A stretch of 64,000 bases of DNA, taken from Guillardia theta CCMP2712. Lineage: Eukaryota; Protista; Cryptophyta. Made by a program: the position numbers and the translations under genes. Below the pieces are notes generated by a model, which had not been told where the DNA came from, made no database searches, and was given only the letters and a program-made list of their open reading frames with translations. Location of the stretch: positions 391,038 through 455,037 of the forward strand of contig NW_005434612.1 of assembly GCF_000315625.1 (NCBI RefSeq), read 5' to 3'. Shown here piece after piece: positions 11,775 to 23,228 of this stretch. The stretch's first letter is position 1, and each line of letters begins with the position of its first letter.

Positions 11775-14652
11775 TTCAACCCTATCCCCCGTTCTGCCTC
11801 CACCTCTCCTTCTGGACCCGCTTCCTCCTCCTTCCCTTGTTCATCTCCTCCTCCCTCCTGCTAGCGCTTTCTCCACAATAACTGCCTTCCAATCCTCACC
11901 GATCGCTTGCGTAGGAGATCCCTGAGGTTCTTGACTTCTGCCTCAGCTGATCCTCCGAGAAATTCTCCTGCTCAGGGTCGAAACTCGTCTCGGATAGCCC
12001 TGCCAAACTTGTCACAACCTCTGAACTCCTTCATGGCATCTCCTGCACTCGCCCCTCCCCCTCCCCCTCCCCCTCCTCCTTCACGTCCTCTCATCACATC
12101 CTCTATTCTTCTCTTCTTTGCAACATCCGCTAACTTCCTTTGCTATTCTCGGACTTGCCCTCGCACCTTCCTCTACACTCGAGCCGCTTCCTACCTTCAT
12201 TCCAATGCGACTCCTCCGGGTCAAAACTCTTGGAGTTCTGCACGGGCTGAGAGTAAAACGGTGAGATCGGCATCAAAGGAAATGAGAGATTATGGGGACA
12301 AACAGACAACCAAAGCGCTAGACACGTAAGAGGGAACAGAGAGGATCGGCAGACCTCTTTCCTGCCATTTCTCTCATCTGATTCCTCCGGATCATAGCTC
12401 GACTGACAAGATCACAAGCATGTGAGACTCATTCCAGAGATGTCATCGGAGTCCGACAGACTTCACCTCCGCAAGGGAAGATGTAAACGATCTGCCATCC
12501 AAACTGGTCATGCATGGACCAACAGAAAACAACAGGGATGGGGAGACAGGACAAGAAGAGTGCGCTTGTCGTTTCAACTCACTTGTTGGGAAAGCTCAAC
12601 AAGTCTGGATCGAAGGACATCTGAAGGGTGAAGACTCAACCAGCACCAGCACCACGTCGAGCTGAAATGGATGGTCGTCGATCAAGATGTGAAGTTGACT
12701 CACCTCACTGTTCTCAGGGAAGACGTCAAAGTTGTCAGGATCGAAGGATTTCTGGAAACGAAACACCTCAGCCCCATCTCCTTTCATGGCCATCGACAGG
12801 CACAGCCGTCAGTGTCTTCACTCACCTCCCTCTTTGTGTTCTGCACAGGGAGGACAGAGCAAGACTGCCGAGCACGTCAACTCACATCGTGGCATGCAGC
12901 AAGGGCCTCTTACCTGACTCGCTTCCATGGCGCTCTCCGGATCAAAGCTCTTGCGCGCAAAAGTCAGCGAGGAGGTTGCAATGGCAGCGACCCGGGACCT
13001 TCTCTGATGCAAGTAGCGCACCCAGCACTTCAGGGTCGAAGGATTTCTCGCTGGGACTCAATGCTCAGATGCTGTTCGAGTGAGCATGCCCCCTTCACGC
13101 GCTCTCATTCCTGCCTTGCTGCTCTCCTTCCGTCCTCCAATCGCCCCCTTGTCTTACCTCGTTATCGACATCTGGCGGAATGCTTCACTCTCAGGATCGA
13201 ACGATTTTTCACTCATGAAGCCTGAAAAACAAACCGTCACTTCACTTTCTCCTTACAACCGCAAGTAAGCTCCCCCCAGCTCCCATCCCCCATCTCAAGG
13301 ACGACTTCCTTCACGTCCCTCACCCATCCTGTCCGGATCGAAAGATGCTTGCGAGTAGAGCGACTCCCTGTCTATGTCTGGATCGTAGCTCCTCTCCCCG
13401 CTCAACTTGGTGACCAGCATCTCCGGATCGAAAGATTTCTCTGCTGCGAGAATAAGAGCAGGCGATCAGACGTGCAGCAGGCCTGAGAGGTAGCTCAGCT
13501 GCTTCAGGTATCGATCCGGGTCGAACGATCTCTCGCTGCATTATCGTCAAATACAAGTCTCCTCCTCGGACCCTCTCCTCTCTCCCCGGCTCACCCCCCG
13601 CCCCCCTCACCTTTCTCTCCCTCCCTCCCTCCATCTCTGCCGCTCCTCATCCCTCACCTTTCCACGGCTGCTGCGAACTTTGAGCTTTCGGGATCGAAGC
13701 TGACCTCACTGTACACGGAAAACTGCGAGCAAACGCTCAAGAGAGTTAAGAGTCAAGCTCTAGTGAACTCACCTGCTTTGAGATGGAAGTTGGGTCGTAA
13801 CTTCGCTCCCTGCCAAACCTTTCATTGTGATTCTCCCCAGGGAAATCTTTCACACCCTCCCAAGCTCGCATGCTCGTTCTCGTCGATGGATACGAAAGAC
13901 ATCTGGGGTCGGAGGGACGTCACAGGAGGAGAGAAGGCGGCTGCTTCTCAGTCACACGCCATCACCTGGCTCATCGCAAACGATCGCTCCGTCATCCTGC
14001 TCGGTTTCCCGGGGGATTAACATAAGAGGAAGAACATGTGCAAGGAGCACCTGCTGCTCTGCTGCTCGACTCTCCTCTTGCCGAGTTCTTGCTGGCTCTG
14101 AAAATCTCGCTGTTGTTGCGCCTACAGAACTTCTTCAGCTACTCACTTCGCTTCTGTCGGCTCACTTGGAGGGGAGTCAACTTGACCGCCTGTCGCATCA
14201 GCCATATCTGTGTGAGCGTCAAACCGAGCAAGCGGCAACTCCTGCCGCCATATGAGAGCTTGCCTCCATCTGTTGAGCTCCCCTGAAGATGGACAGCCGG
14301 ACGAACGATCCTGGACTTTCAGCTCAGACAGGCAGGCAACAGCATCTACAGGCTTCTACCAGGAGTTCCGAGCATCCTCGAAGTGATATCGACGATACTC
14401 TGTCAAGATCGTAAGATGCGCCTGTGCTCGTATGCAGGCTTCCTATCTAACCATGCTCCTCGTTGGAAGGCCATCGATAGCTGCCAAGACATCTCCTGGC
14501 TTGATCAACCCTGAGCGATGAGCCGATCGCCCTGAAGTCTCAGCGTCATCGAGGAGGTTTCATTTGAGTCGCTCAGCACCTTCATGTAGCATCTGCACCA
14601 CATAAGGCTGAGCCGATGTGATCTGTAGCCCAACACCGCAAGGCTTGGCCAT
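8694..14652 (-). CDS. Large multi-exon protein: N-terminal PDZ, S[FY]DP[DE] repeat region, low-complexity region, C-terminal PDZ (could be two genes)
   Basis: 5' exons read MAKPCGVGLQITSAQPYVVQMLHEG|RSAHRSGLIKPGDVLAAIDG...MLGTPG|SFVRLSIFRG. 3' exons read WQVSSLKPNMP...KVAPGDVIISIDG...MLRGPSRSEAE|VELRRGGKIDRVKLRRNG*. The middle exon joins (~9300-11700) were not fully resolved. Confidence 0.6.
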
Positions 14653-15029
14653 GCTTGCGGCTGCAGGAGACTTTAGATCTCGCAAACGTCTACTCTCAAT
14701 TCGACAGTCATGGAGAAAGTCCATCAACTGTTTTCATTGACTTGTTTGATGTTCATTGTCCTTCGCTATCTACTACAATATTTCGTCTCCCTTTGATTGA
14801 ATACATACTTGTGCATTCGTCAATTTGTTCCTCTCTCTTCGCTCCCCTCCCTTCCTCTCCCCCCCTCCCTCCCTGACTGCTTGCTATGTTTCTGCTTGCC
14901 TGCCTTGCAGAGTCTGATCCCCTCTTGCCTTCCTCCTCCTTCTCTCCTCCTTTCCCTCCTCCTCCTCCTTCTTTCCTTCATTTTTCCCCTGTCTCTGTCC
15001 CTGTTGTCGTCACAGGATGTTCTCCAACA

Positions 15030-15560
15030 AAGAATAAATTTACGGCGGGGTATGAAGATTAACACCAAAGAACATTATTTCAATATTAAGACAGTATTAC
15101 GCTATATAATATCAAATATATACTCAATGCTTCAAATGGTCATGAAATTGAAAACCACTCGAGGACATTGAAAGTCTTTGCGGCAAACATGAACCCCTAC
15201 CCCCAGATACCCCACGAAATGGGAGGGTAGGAGGTCCAACGACCCATTTGGCAAACGGTGATCCTGTAGGGGTACATTCATCCATTATTCCTCTGAATTT
15301 GTAGGGTGGGGTGAAAAATTCAGGGGGTGGGTCTGCAGGATATGGTAGGGTCCTTTCTCTACGAAAAGGCAAGAGGATAAGGGGGTACTGGTGAAGGGAT
15401 GCCACGGGTGGGGTACCCTGGGTGTACAGGGGGTGGTCATCCTGGAATTTCCACCCCTTCCGATAGGAATTCTCACTACCCCACCCTGTATTTCATGGGA
15501 ATTGGAGGGCAAGTGATGCTGAGCCAGGAGGGGGTAGGGGGGTGGGGCCTGTTTTCACAA
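15030..15560. promoter_or_regulatory. Divergent promoter region: AT-rich tract then GGGGTA/TACCCC cluster
   Basis: Between divergent starts at 14652 (-) and 15775 (+); many GGGTA/TACCC copies. Confidence 0.5.
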
Positions 15561-15774
15561 CCTGATTGACAAGCGAAAATGATTCAGAGGAAGACGAGAA
15601 GAGGTGGAGATGAAGAGGAAAGAAGATAGTGGAAGACACGAAGAGGTGAGGTAGCAGCTAGAGAAGGAACTGCTGCTTGATCAGAGCAGGAGAAGAAACT
15701 GCTGCCTGATCGAATCGTTCTGGAATATTTTGTGATTGCCGTAAATAAGGGAGATCTGTAAAGTTTGATCCACC

Positions 15775-18700
15775 ATGGCTTCAACCCAGTTACAGTCGAA
15801 CTTTGAGACCATAGAACAGGCTCTGAACGATACTGTCCTTGAGATGAAATGCCTCAAAGGACACCTGCTTACTCCCTTCACGCTCGCTTATTCCCAGTCC
15901 TTTCGTTGCGACAAGTGCTCTACCGTCATTCGCTCAGCAGCCATTGCGTTCATCATCAAGTCAATCAAGGAGAGCAATGATTCCTTCGCAATAATGACTG
16001 AGAACGAGATCGTGAACACTGAAACTTTCAAAAAAATGCGGGAACGAGCGCATGAGATATCCAAGATGCACAGGTCCGATGACGACAAGCACAAAACTTG
16101 GCGATGCAACACATGCGACTTCGACGTTTGCTACGACTGTGCGCTCATGGCGGTGAAGGAGGCAGAAGCAGAAGAGCTGGCACACCAGCATGAACTGGCG
16201 GAGATCGGCGACCAAAAGGTCATGATCGATTGCACTTCCGACCCCGAGGTGTCGCGGGTGATGCCAGAGGAGGTGGAGCCATACTTCTCGGACGTCAAGA
16301 TCCTTCCTGATGGTGCGTTTGTGTTGCTGGAGAACGGAAAGGCGGGCAGGATCCCACTGGCCAAGTGCCTGCAGCTCTTGAGCTTGTCTCAGACGGCGAG
16401 CAAGGAGAGGCTCGTGGGCTCAAGGCGCTACCCGGCGAAGCTTGGCATGCGGGTGAAGCTGTCAGGTCAGTGCCATGACAGCTTTCTCAACATGGCGAGC
16501 GGAGGAGGAGTAGGAGAGATTGTTGACAAGGACAAGGGAGGGCTGTTCTGTCACGTGAAGTGGGAGAGGACTGGAATGACGACCTCTGCCATGACTGGTT
16601 TCCATGAGGAGGAGGGCTCCTGGGGGATCCGCCTGAATCGCATCTCACCGCAGCTCGCTCAAGTCTCGCACATTGACGACGGAGCGCTGGGAGGGGACGG
16701 CGAGAGGCTGTACAACTACCTGCACCACGGGGATCACGTTGTCGCGATCAACCACGTGCCGATCTCGAGGGTCAGCAACGTCAACCAGTACGAGTTCGGG
16801 CCTGTGGCCTCCAAGGTGAGGAACGGGGGTTTGTGCTGCTGGTGGGGAGGATGGAGGGACTGACGGAGAGAGGGCAGGTGACGCTGACACTCGTGGATGA
16901 CTCGGAAAAGTGGGACGTGGAGGTGCTGCGAACGAAGGTGGAGGAGGAGCATGACGCTTCAAACATTCACCCTCGGGGGATCTACCACCTTGAGTTCGTC
17001 GGTGAGGACCTTGCCTTCGATGCGATGGTGGAGACCTCGTACGCTCAGTTCAAGAAGGAGGGGATCTGCTTGCACCAGTGCCCAGTCATCGAGGAACCTG
17101 CTAAGTCCATCGCCTTCCTCGGAGTGGGAAAGGCTCGCTACCTCGTCATCGAGCTCTATGACTCGGGGTTCAAGAAAGGGATGGCCAAGGGAAGGCAGGC
17201 CGACGGCAGGAAGGAAGAGGCCGACAGCCAAGAGTTCGCTTACGATCTGCAAGATCTCCTCGATTACCTGAACCTGGGCAAGCAGGCAGATGTCGTTGAT
17301 CCAAGTGGACGCGACCAGGACGACGTGTTTGAGCAGATGTCGGACTGGATGCAGAATCTCTTCAACACGTTTGGAGTCCCTTCGGAGAAGGGAGGATACG
17401 CAGGGAGCGTGAAGGAGTCGGAGGCGTCGGGGGTGACGAAGAAGACGAAAGGGACGGAGAAGGAGCTCAACAAGTTGTTCAACGAGTGTAACGTGTCGTA
17501 CAACACTCGCAAGAAGATTGCCGAGAAGAGCGGGCCGCAGCAGCGCAAGATCTTGGAGAGCATCTACACGTCGAGAAGCGTGAGATGATGGTGAGAGCAA
17601 CCTTGATGTCGCTGACGTTGGCGTGCAGTACAAGTACCACGCCCTCGCCCTCAACCAGATTGACATGAAGCCCAACGAGCGGCTGGAGTTTCGGAACCAT
17701 CCCCCCCTCCTCCGCGCGATCTTCTGCAACGACTTGGAGGTGCTGAAGAGGCTGCTGGATTCTGGAGCGGACGTATACAAGAGGAGTCAGTTCCAGTTCC
17801 AGCTGAGCGGGTTTCAGCTGGCCGTGTACCTGGGCTGTCTGGACGCGATCAAGCTGATGAGCGAGAAGGCGCCCATCGACGTTGACTTCTGCTTCAACCC
17901 GGAGGCCAGGAAGGCCTCTAAGGAACTGACGCGCGTGCTCGGGAGGATGACGGAGGTCCAACATGACATGGACACACTGAGGACCAGATATGAGGCTCTG
18001 AGCGCAAAGAGGGAGGGCGGGGGGCGGCAGGCGCTGCTGGACGAGATGGAAAGGATCAGGGGCAAGCTCTCCCTGGCCAACCACAACCTGAAGCTGATCG
18101 AGGAGAAGGCGAGGGAAAGCCTCGAGCTCAAGCTGGAAATGGACGCGAGCGTCGTGGACCTGAACGCGCGGTGCCCTTTGATCCTGGCCTGCGCCAGCAA
18201 GAACCTCTACATGATCGTTTTCCTCACCCTCCTCAACGCGCAGACGGAGGTCGGCATCCCCAGCGTCCCAGGGAGAGCAGGGAGCCCGATGAAGCTGACG
18301 GCATGGTGCGACCTTCACTTCCCCATAGGCTCCTACCTCCTGCGGCAGCAGTTTGACCTCCTCGAGTCTCGCGGGTTCACGCAAACGCTGCTGCAAGAGC
18401 CTCTCTTCACCGTCTTCTACCACTGGGTGTCTGCCCCCCCCTGGGAGAGCTCGTGGAACCAGGAGGAGGACTCCCTCCTCCTCAAGCTCGCAGCTGAGCT
18501 GGAGAAGGACTGGGCCCTGATCGTGCGCGAGTTTCCCGGGAGGAACGCGAGGCAGCTGAAGAGGAGGCATCGCCTGCTGATGCAGGACACGAAACAGGAG
18601 GAGGACATATTCCATCTGGGCATGTCATTCTCGCAGCTGCAGGAGGGGATGCGGCACATTGGCCTGTACCCGCACGTGCTGAAGGACTCGCGGCTGGAAA

Positions 18701-19927
18701 GATTGTTCATCCTCTCCAAGCATCCCAACAAGAAGAAGCTGTTTGCTGGGGACAGCGAGGCTGCGCTTGACTACGTGAGCATCGAGAGGAGGAGGCTTGA
18801 GGAGATGAGCATCGGATACGAGCACTTCGACTGGATCCTCAAGGTGGTCTGCAAGAAGTACCTGCGGGGCATGAAGAGGAGCGACTTCGTTCACCGCTAC
18901 TTCATCAGCATCCTCACGGCCCCGGCGCAGGAGGAGGGAGAGACGCAGATTGAGCAGCTACTCAACCACCTCGCTTTCTCCTTCGGAGTCCACATGCCCA
19001 TCCTCAAGATCCGCTGGAACCTGCACAAGCCTCTCATGCGCTACCAGCGAGCCGACGTCATGCAGACGGCGGCGGCGATGGAGGAGATCGAGTCTGACTT
19101 GGACGAGGACGAGGACGAGGACGAGGAGGTGGAGGGGCTGGTGGTGCCGCAGGGCTCGTCGAGGGCGAGGAGCGTGGTGTCAGCGTCAGTCACGCTCGAC
19201 CCTCGCAAGCCCAGCGACTTTGCCAGGATGATCGACAACCCCGTCAACTTCCAGGCGAGGTACAACATGTCCAAGGCCGCCTCCCAGCTGCAGTCCAGCG
19301 AGAACAGGAGCGCGAGCTCCAAGACCTCGGCGACGAGGAAGGGGAAAGTGATAAGGAAGATGCAGGAGGAGGAGACGGTGAAGGCGAGGTACCAACGAGC
19401 CATTGCTAAGACTTGTGGGCACAACCGGCAGGTGCAGGACCTTTCCTCGCAGATGGTCGAGAATACGCTGTCCTCCGTCCTGATGCGCAGCACGCTGACG
19501 ATGGAGGAGGAGGCGGAGACGTCGGGGGCAGACCTGCTGCGGGATAAGAGCAGGATGGATCAGAGCATGGAGGAGATGAAGTACTGGACTAGAGTGAAGA
19601 AGCTCGAGCAGCATGAGATGAGAGCTGTCGATGACCCTCAACCAGGTCCATCCTCCCTCTTCCTCCCTCTTCCTCCCTCTTCCTCCCTCTTCCTCCCTCT
19701 TCCTCCCTCTTCCTCCCTCCCCCCCCCTCACAACCTTCCTTCCTCTCTGCTTTGCATCTGCTTCTATCAGCCTTCTTCTCCTAACGTTGCCTCTCGTTTC
19801 CACAGGCCGCAAGAGCCTCAAGATGAAGACCGACGGCTTCATCGACAGCACAGCTCACTTCCCGACCCTCAACATCTTCAGCGACTACTCAGTGCTGACA
19901 GGAACGCAGAAGAAGAAGGGACAGTGA
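15775..19927 (+). CDS. Multidomain protein: split ZZ/C1-like zinc finger, SH3-like barrel, PDZ, ankyrin repeats, coiled coil, Myb/SANT domain
   Basis: CLKGHLL...CDKC...WRCNTCDFDVCYDC; GMRVKL...GGGVGEIV...CHVKWERTG; WGIRL...GDHVVAINH...GPVASK|VTLTL; PPLLRAIFCNDLEVLKRLLDSGADV; WNQEEDSLLLKLAAELEKDWALIVREFPGRNARQLKRRH. Introns at ~16816-16877, 17580-17628 and ~19646-19805. Confidence 0.8.
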
Positions 19928-20012
19928 GGAGAAGGAGCGACCTTGACGAGAGGAGGAGGTGGAGGAGGAGGAGGAGGAGGAGGAGGAGGAGGAGTATTGA
20001 TCTTGTACTATG

Positions 20013-22464
20013 CTACACGTTCATTGCCGGCATGAGAGGCCTCATACTTGACCGAGAAGAATCTTCGGATCCACTGCTTCTCCTGCTCTCCTCCTCGCAC
20101 TTGGCAGAGAGCCGCTGGAAGCGCGAGCTGACCCTCCTGATCTCGTTGACCACATCGTCGACTGAGTAGGAGGAGGCCGGGAAGATGGAGGGGTCTGATT
20201 CTCTCCTCCTCACCCTCATCTTCTCCTTCTTCTCCTCCTTCTTCTCCTCCCTCGACTTCTCCTGCTCTACGGGCAAACCCAACCACAGCGACAACCCGAC
20301 GCTCTGGTCGCTCACCATCTTCACGTTTGCCTTGCGGAATCTGAAAAGAAAATCACGTTAAACACCTTCCTTCGCTCCTCTTTCCGACTCTTCTATCCCA
20401 ATCCCCTTCTCCTCCTGCCCCTCCCCGCCTCCTACCCTTCTTCTTTTTCTCCTACCCCTCCCCTTCCGCTCCTACCCTCTTCTTGTCCTCCTACCCCCCC
20501 CCTTCTTCTCCTACCCTCTTCTTGTCCTCCTACCCCTCCTCTTCTCTTCTTCTTGTCCTCCTACCATTCCCCTTCCGCTCCTACCCCTCCCCTTCTCCTC
20601 GCCCTCTCTCCTCTCTACCTGTACAACTCGTTCCCCGCCTGCAAGGCAGCTGTCAGTCCTGGACATCTCTGCCCCGCATATCCCCGCTTCCCCTCCCCTC
20701 CCCTCCCCTCCCCTCCCCTCCCCTCCCTCCTCGCACCTTGTAGAACTCCCCTATCATCTCAAGTGTCTGCATCGACTCGCCGAGCCCCTCGTTCTCTCCT
20801 CTCATCGTTGCCCTCCACCACTGCTGTATGATCCTCGCAGCGCACGCAAACACTTTCATCTTGCACTTGTTGTGCTCGATCGACACCATCAGCCGCATCT
20901 CCTCCCCCGTCAAGTTCAACCGCCGAGTCACGTTCGCCGTTACCAGCGCCATGATCAGCGGCATGCCGAAGATGCTCACGACCGTCGCAAACCTCCCAGC
21001 GTGAGTCTGCGGAAACATCTTCCCCTCTCCTAAACGGCCAAGTGTCAGCCCTCTGCTCCACTCCCGCTCTTTCCTCCCGTGCCCCTCTCGCTCCTGCGTT
21101 CCTCTTCTTCTCCTTCTTGCACACTCCCTTGCCCTTGCCCTTGCCCTTGCCCCCCCCAANNNNNNNNNNNNNNNNNNNNNNNNNNNNNNNNNNNNNNNNN
21201 NNNNNNNNNNNNNNNNNNNNNNNNNNNNNNNNNNNNNNNNNNNNNNNNNNNNNNNNNNNGAGGAGGAGGAGGGAGGAGAGAGGAGGAGGAGGAGGAGGAG
21301 GAGAGAAGATGGAAGACCTCTGCGAGACAGGTCAGCGAACGTTTAGCGATCGTTCAGTCTCATCACCAGCGATCCGCACGAGGTAGGATGTGGTCCCGTG
21401 CAGTAGTGTGACGCAGAACAGCAGGATGATGGCGGGGTTGGCCGCCATGGCGATCTTGAAGGCAAGGGATCGGCGAGAGTTAAGGTTCTCCATGACGAGT
21501 TGGATGGTCGAGTCGTCCTTGAGCAGATGCGAGTTCTGTGACGTCTTATGAGGTGCTGAAGATGCGGAGTAGAGGCGAGAGGAGGGGAGGGGAGGGGAGA
21601 AGGAAAGGAGAGGGCAGGAGCGAGGAAGGGGATGGGGAGGTAGGGAGGCTTTCAAGACCTCAAGGTCGAAGTATTTGAGGTAAGTTCGTTCGAACAGCCA
21701 TCGGAGGATGTGATAAATCCTGAGGAACATGACGGCGCACATGATTGACTCGAACCGGTACAAGATGCGCCTCCTCATCACGATCATCTCGATGTCCGAG
21801 TAGAAGAAGGGGAAGGTGTGCAGGCAGTTGAGCAGCAGCTCCACGATGAAACCAGCGAACGCGGCAGAGGTGAAGATTTCGAGGACGGGAGGCTTCACGC
21901 GAATGAAGTTGTACTTCCTTTCCTCTAAAAGCTCTTGGATGTCATTCAGTTTCATCTTCGTCCTGAACCTGTCGCTGAGCACGAACAGAATTGCGACCGT
22001 GATCATGCTCTGAATCATCTTCAGGTCGTTCCTGCCGCATTTCCTCGTTCCTTCGGCTCGTATCTTGGCGATCAACGTCGCATTCAGGGTGTACGCCTTG
22101 TAGTCCGAGGAGGCACACTCCTCGTTGACGCAGATCGCAAGCAGCAGACTGAGCAGGAGGTTCAACAGACCCGTCGAGTCTCTCTCGTCAACGCACCTGA
22201 TCGCCGCCAGTGCAGCCAACAGCTTCTGTCTCAAATGAAGTCTCAATTGCAGCGTCCTCAAACACTCGCGATCTCTTCTGTTTGATATCGTCGCCTCCTC
22301 CCCTTTCACCCGCCGCCGCATCCTCCGCACTGCAAGGCAACCAGGTCATGGAAGCACTCGAATCGACAGCTGCTACCGAGGAAGGACTCCTGGTCCACCG
22401 ACTTCTGCGAGAGGGTGATAGAGACGATGGAGATGGTTGACGCGGGACTTTCATTATGGACCAT
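20013..22464 (-). CDS. SK/KCNN-like calmodulin-gated 6TM cation channel (pore-helix exon probably lies in the N gap)
   Basis: TM segments plus ELLLNCLHTFP, S4 MFLRIYHILRWL, AFKIAMAANPAIILL, FPQTHAGRFATVVSIFG...ALVTANVTRRLNLTGEE and CaM-binding-like AARIIQQWWR, all typical of the KCNN family. Confidence 0.85.
21160..21259. other. Assembly gap (100 N)
   Basis: Run of N inside the channel gene, flanked by microsatellites. Confidence 1.
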
Positions 22465-23228
22465 GATGAGAAGCTAACAGTCACGGGCCTGATAGAATCA
22501 TCAGCAAGACACTCCAAGACAGATGAAACACATGTCACTTGTGATGAACAACAACGTTGTTCATCAACACAGCATACTGTGTGTGGTAGAGTTGTGTGTG
22601 GTAGAGCAGGCTATTCTTGCGTTCTCTTCTCCTCTCCTGTTGCCATTCCTCTTACATGGCGTGCAACGGGGGCTGATCGGCTCTTACTATCTCCTCGATC
22701 CGCATATCTGCATCTCGCTCCTCCTCTCGTCCTCTCTCCTCCTCTCGTCCTTTCCTTCTTCGCGCAACAGAGCCATTTCCCTGCCCCAGTCATGTTTGAT
22801 GGGCACTCTTTTGACCTCTATAACGGTTTCATAACCGTCAGGATAAACCGTTTGACAAGGAAAAATGGCTGAGCCAACTTGAGGAGGAGAAGAAGATAAA
22901 CATGGTGGAGATGAGATGAAACTAGAGACGAGGATGAAGATGAGGATGAGGATGAGGATGAGGATGAGGATGAGGATGGAAGAGGAGGAGGTCATGAGGA
23001 GAACCTGAATGGGGGTAGGAAAAGAGCAGGAGCAGAAGCAGCAGCAGGAGCAGGAGCAGGAGCAGGGGGAGACTGAGGGATCAAGATGAAGTGGGAAGAA
23101 ACAAGATGAAGACGAACGAGAAGACAACCAGGAGAGACGACGACAAGAGGCAACAATGCAAAGTTGCAATAAGAGAGCACATGAGCGGCAGCTCAACCAA
23201 TGTTTTCTCTAGTGGAAGATTGAGGTAC

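Noticed and set aside
11960-13810. CRISPR-like array from recurring GGATCGAA words
   Set aside because: The repeats are under 10 bp, irregularly spaced and vary synonymously; they are explained as a peptide motif in a eukaryotic gene.
16959-19851. Long minus-strand ORFs (273, 378, 221 aa)
   Set aside because: Antisense shadows of the GC3-rich plus-strand gene, with no motifs.
21310-21330. Possible 2-nt micro-exon (AG) in the SK gene
   Set aside because: Cannot be distinguished from a longer exon because the adjacent sequence runs into the N gap.
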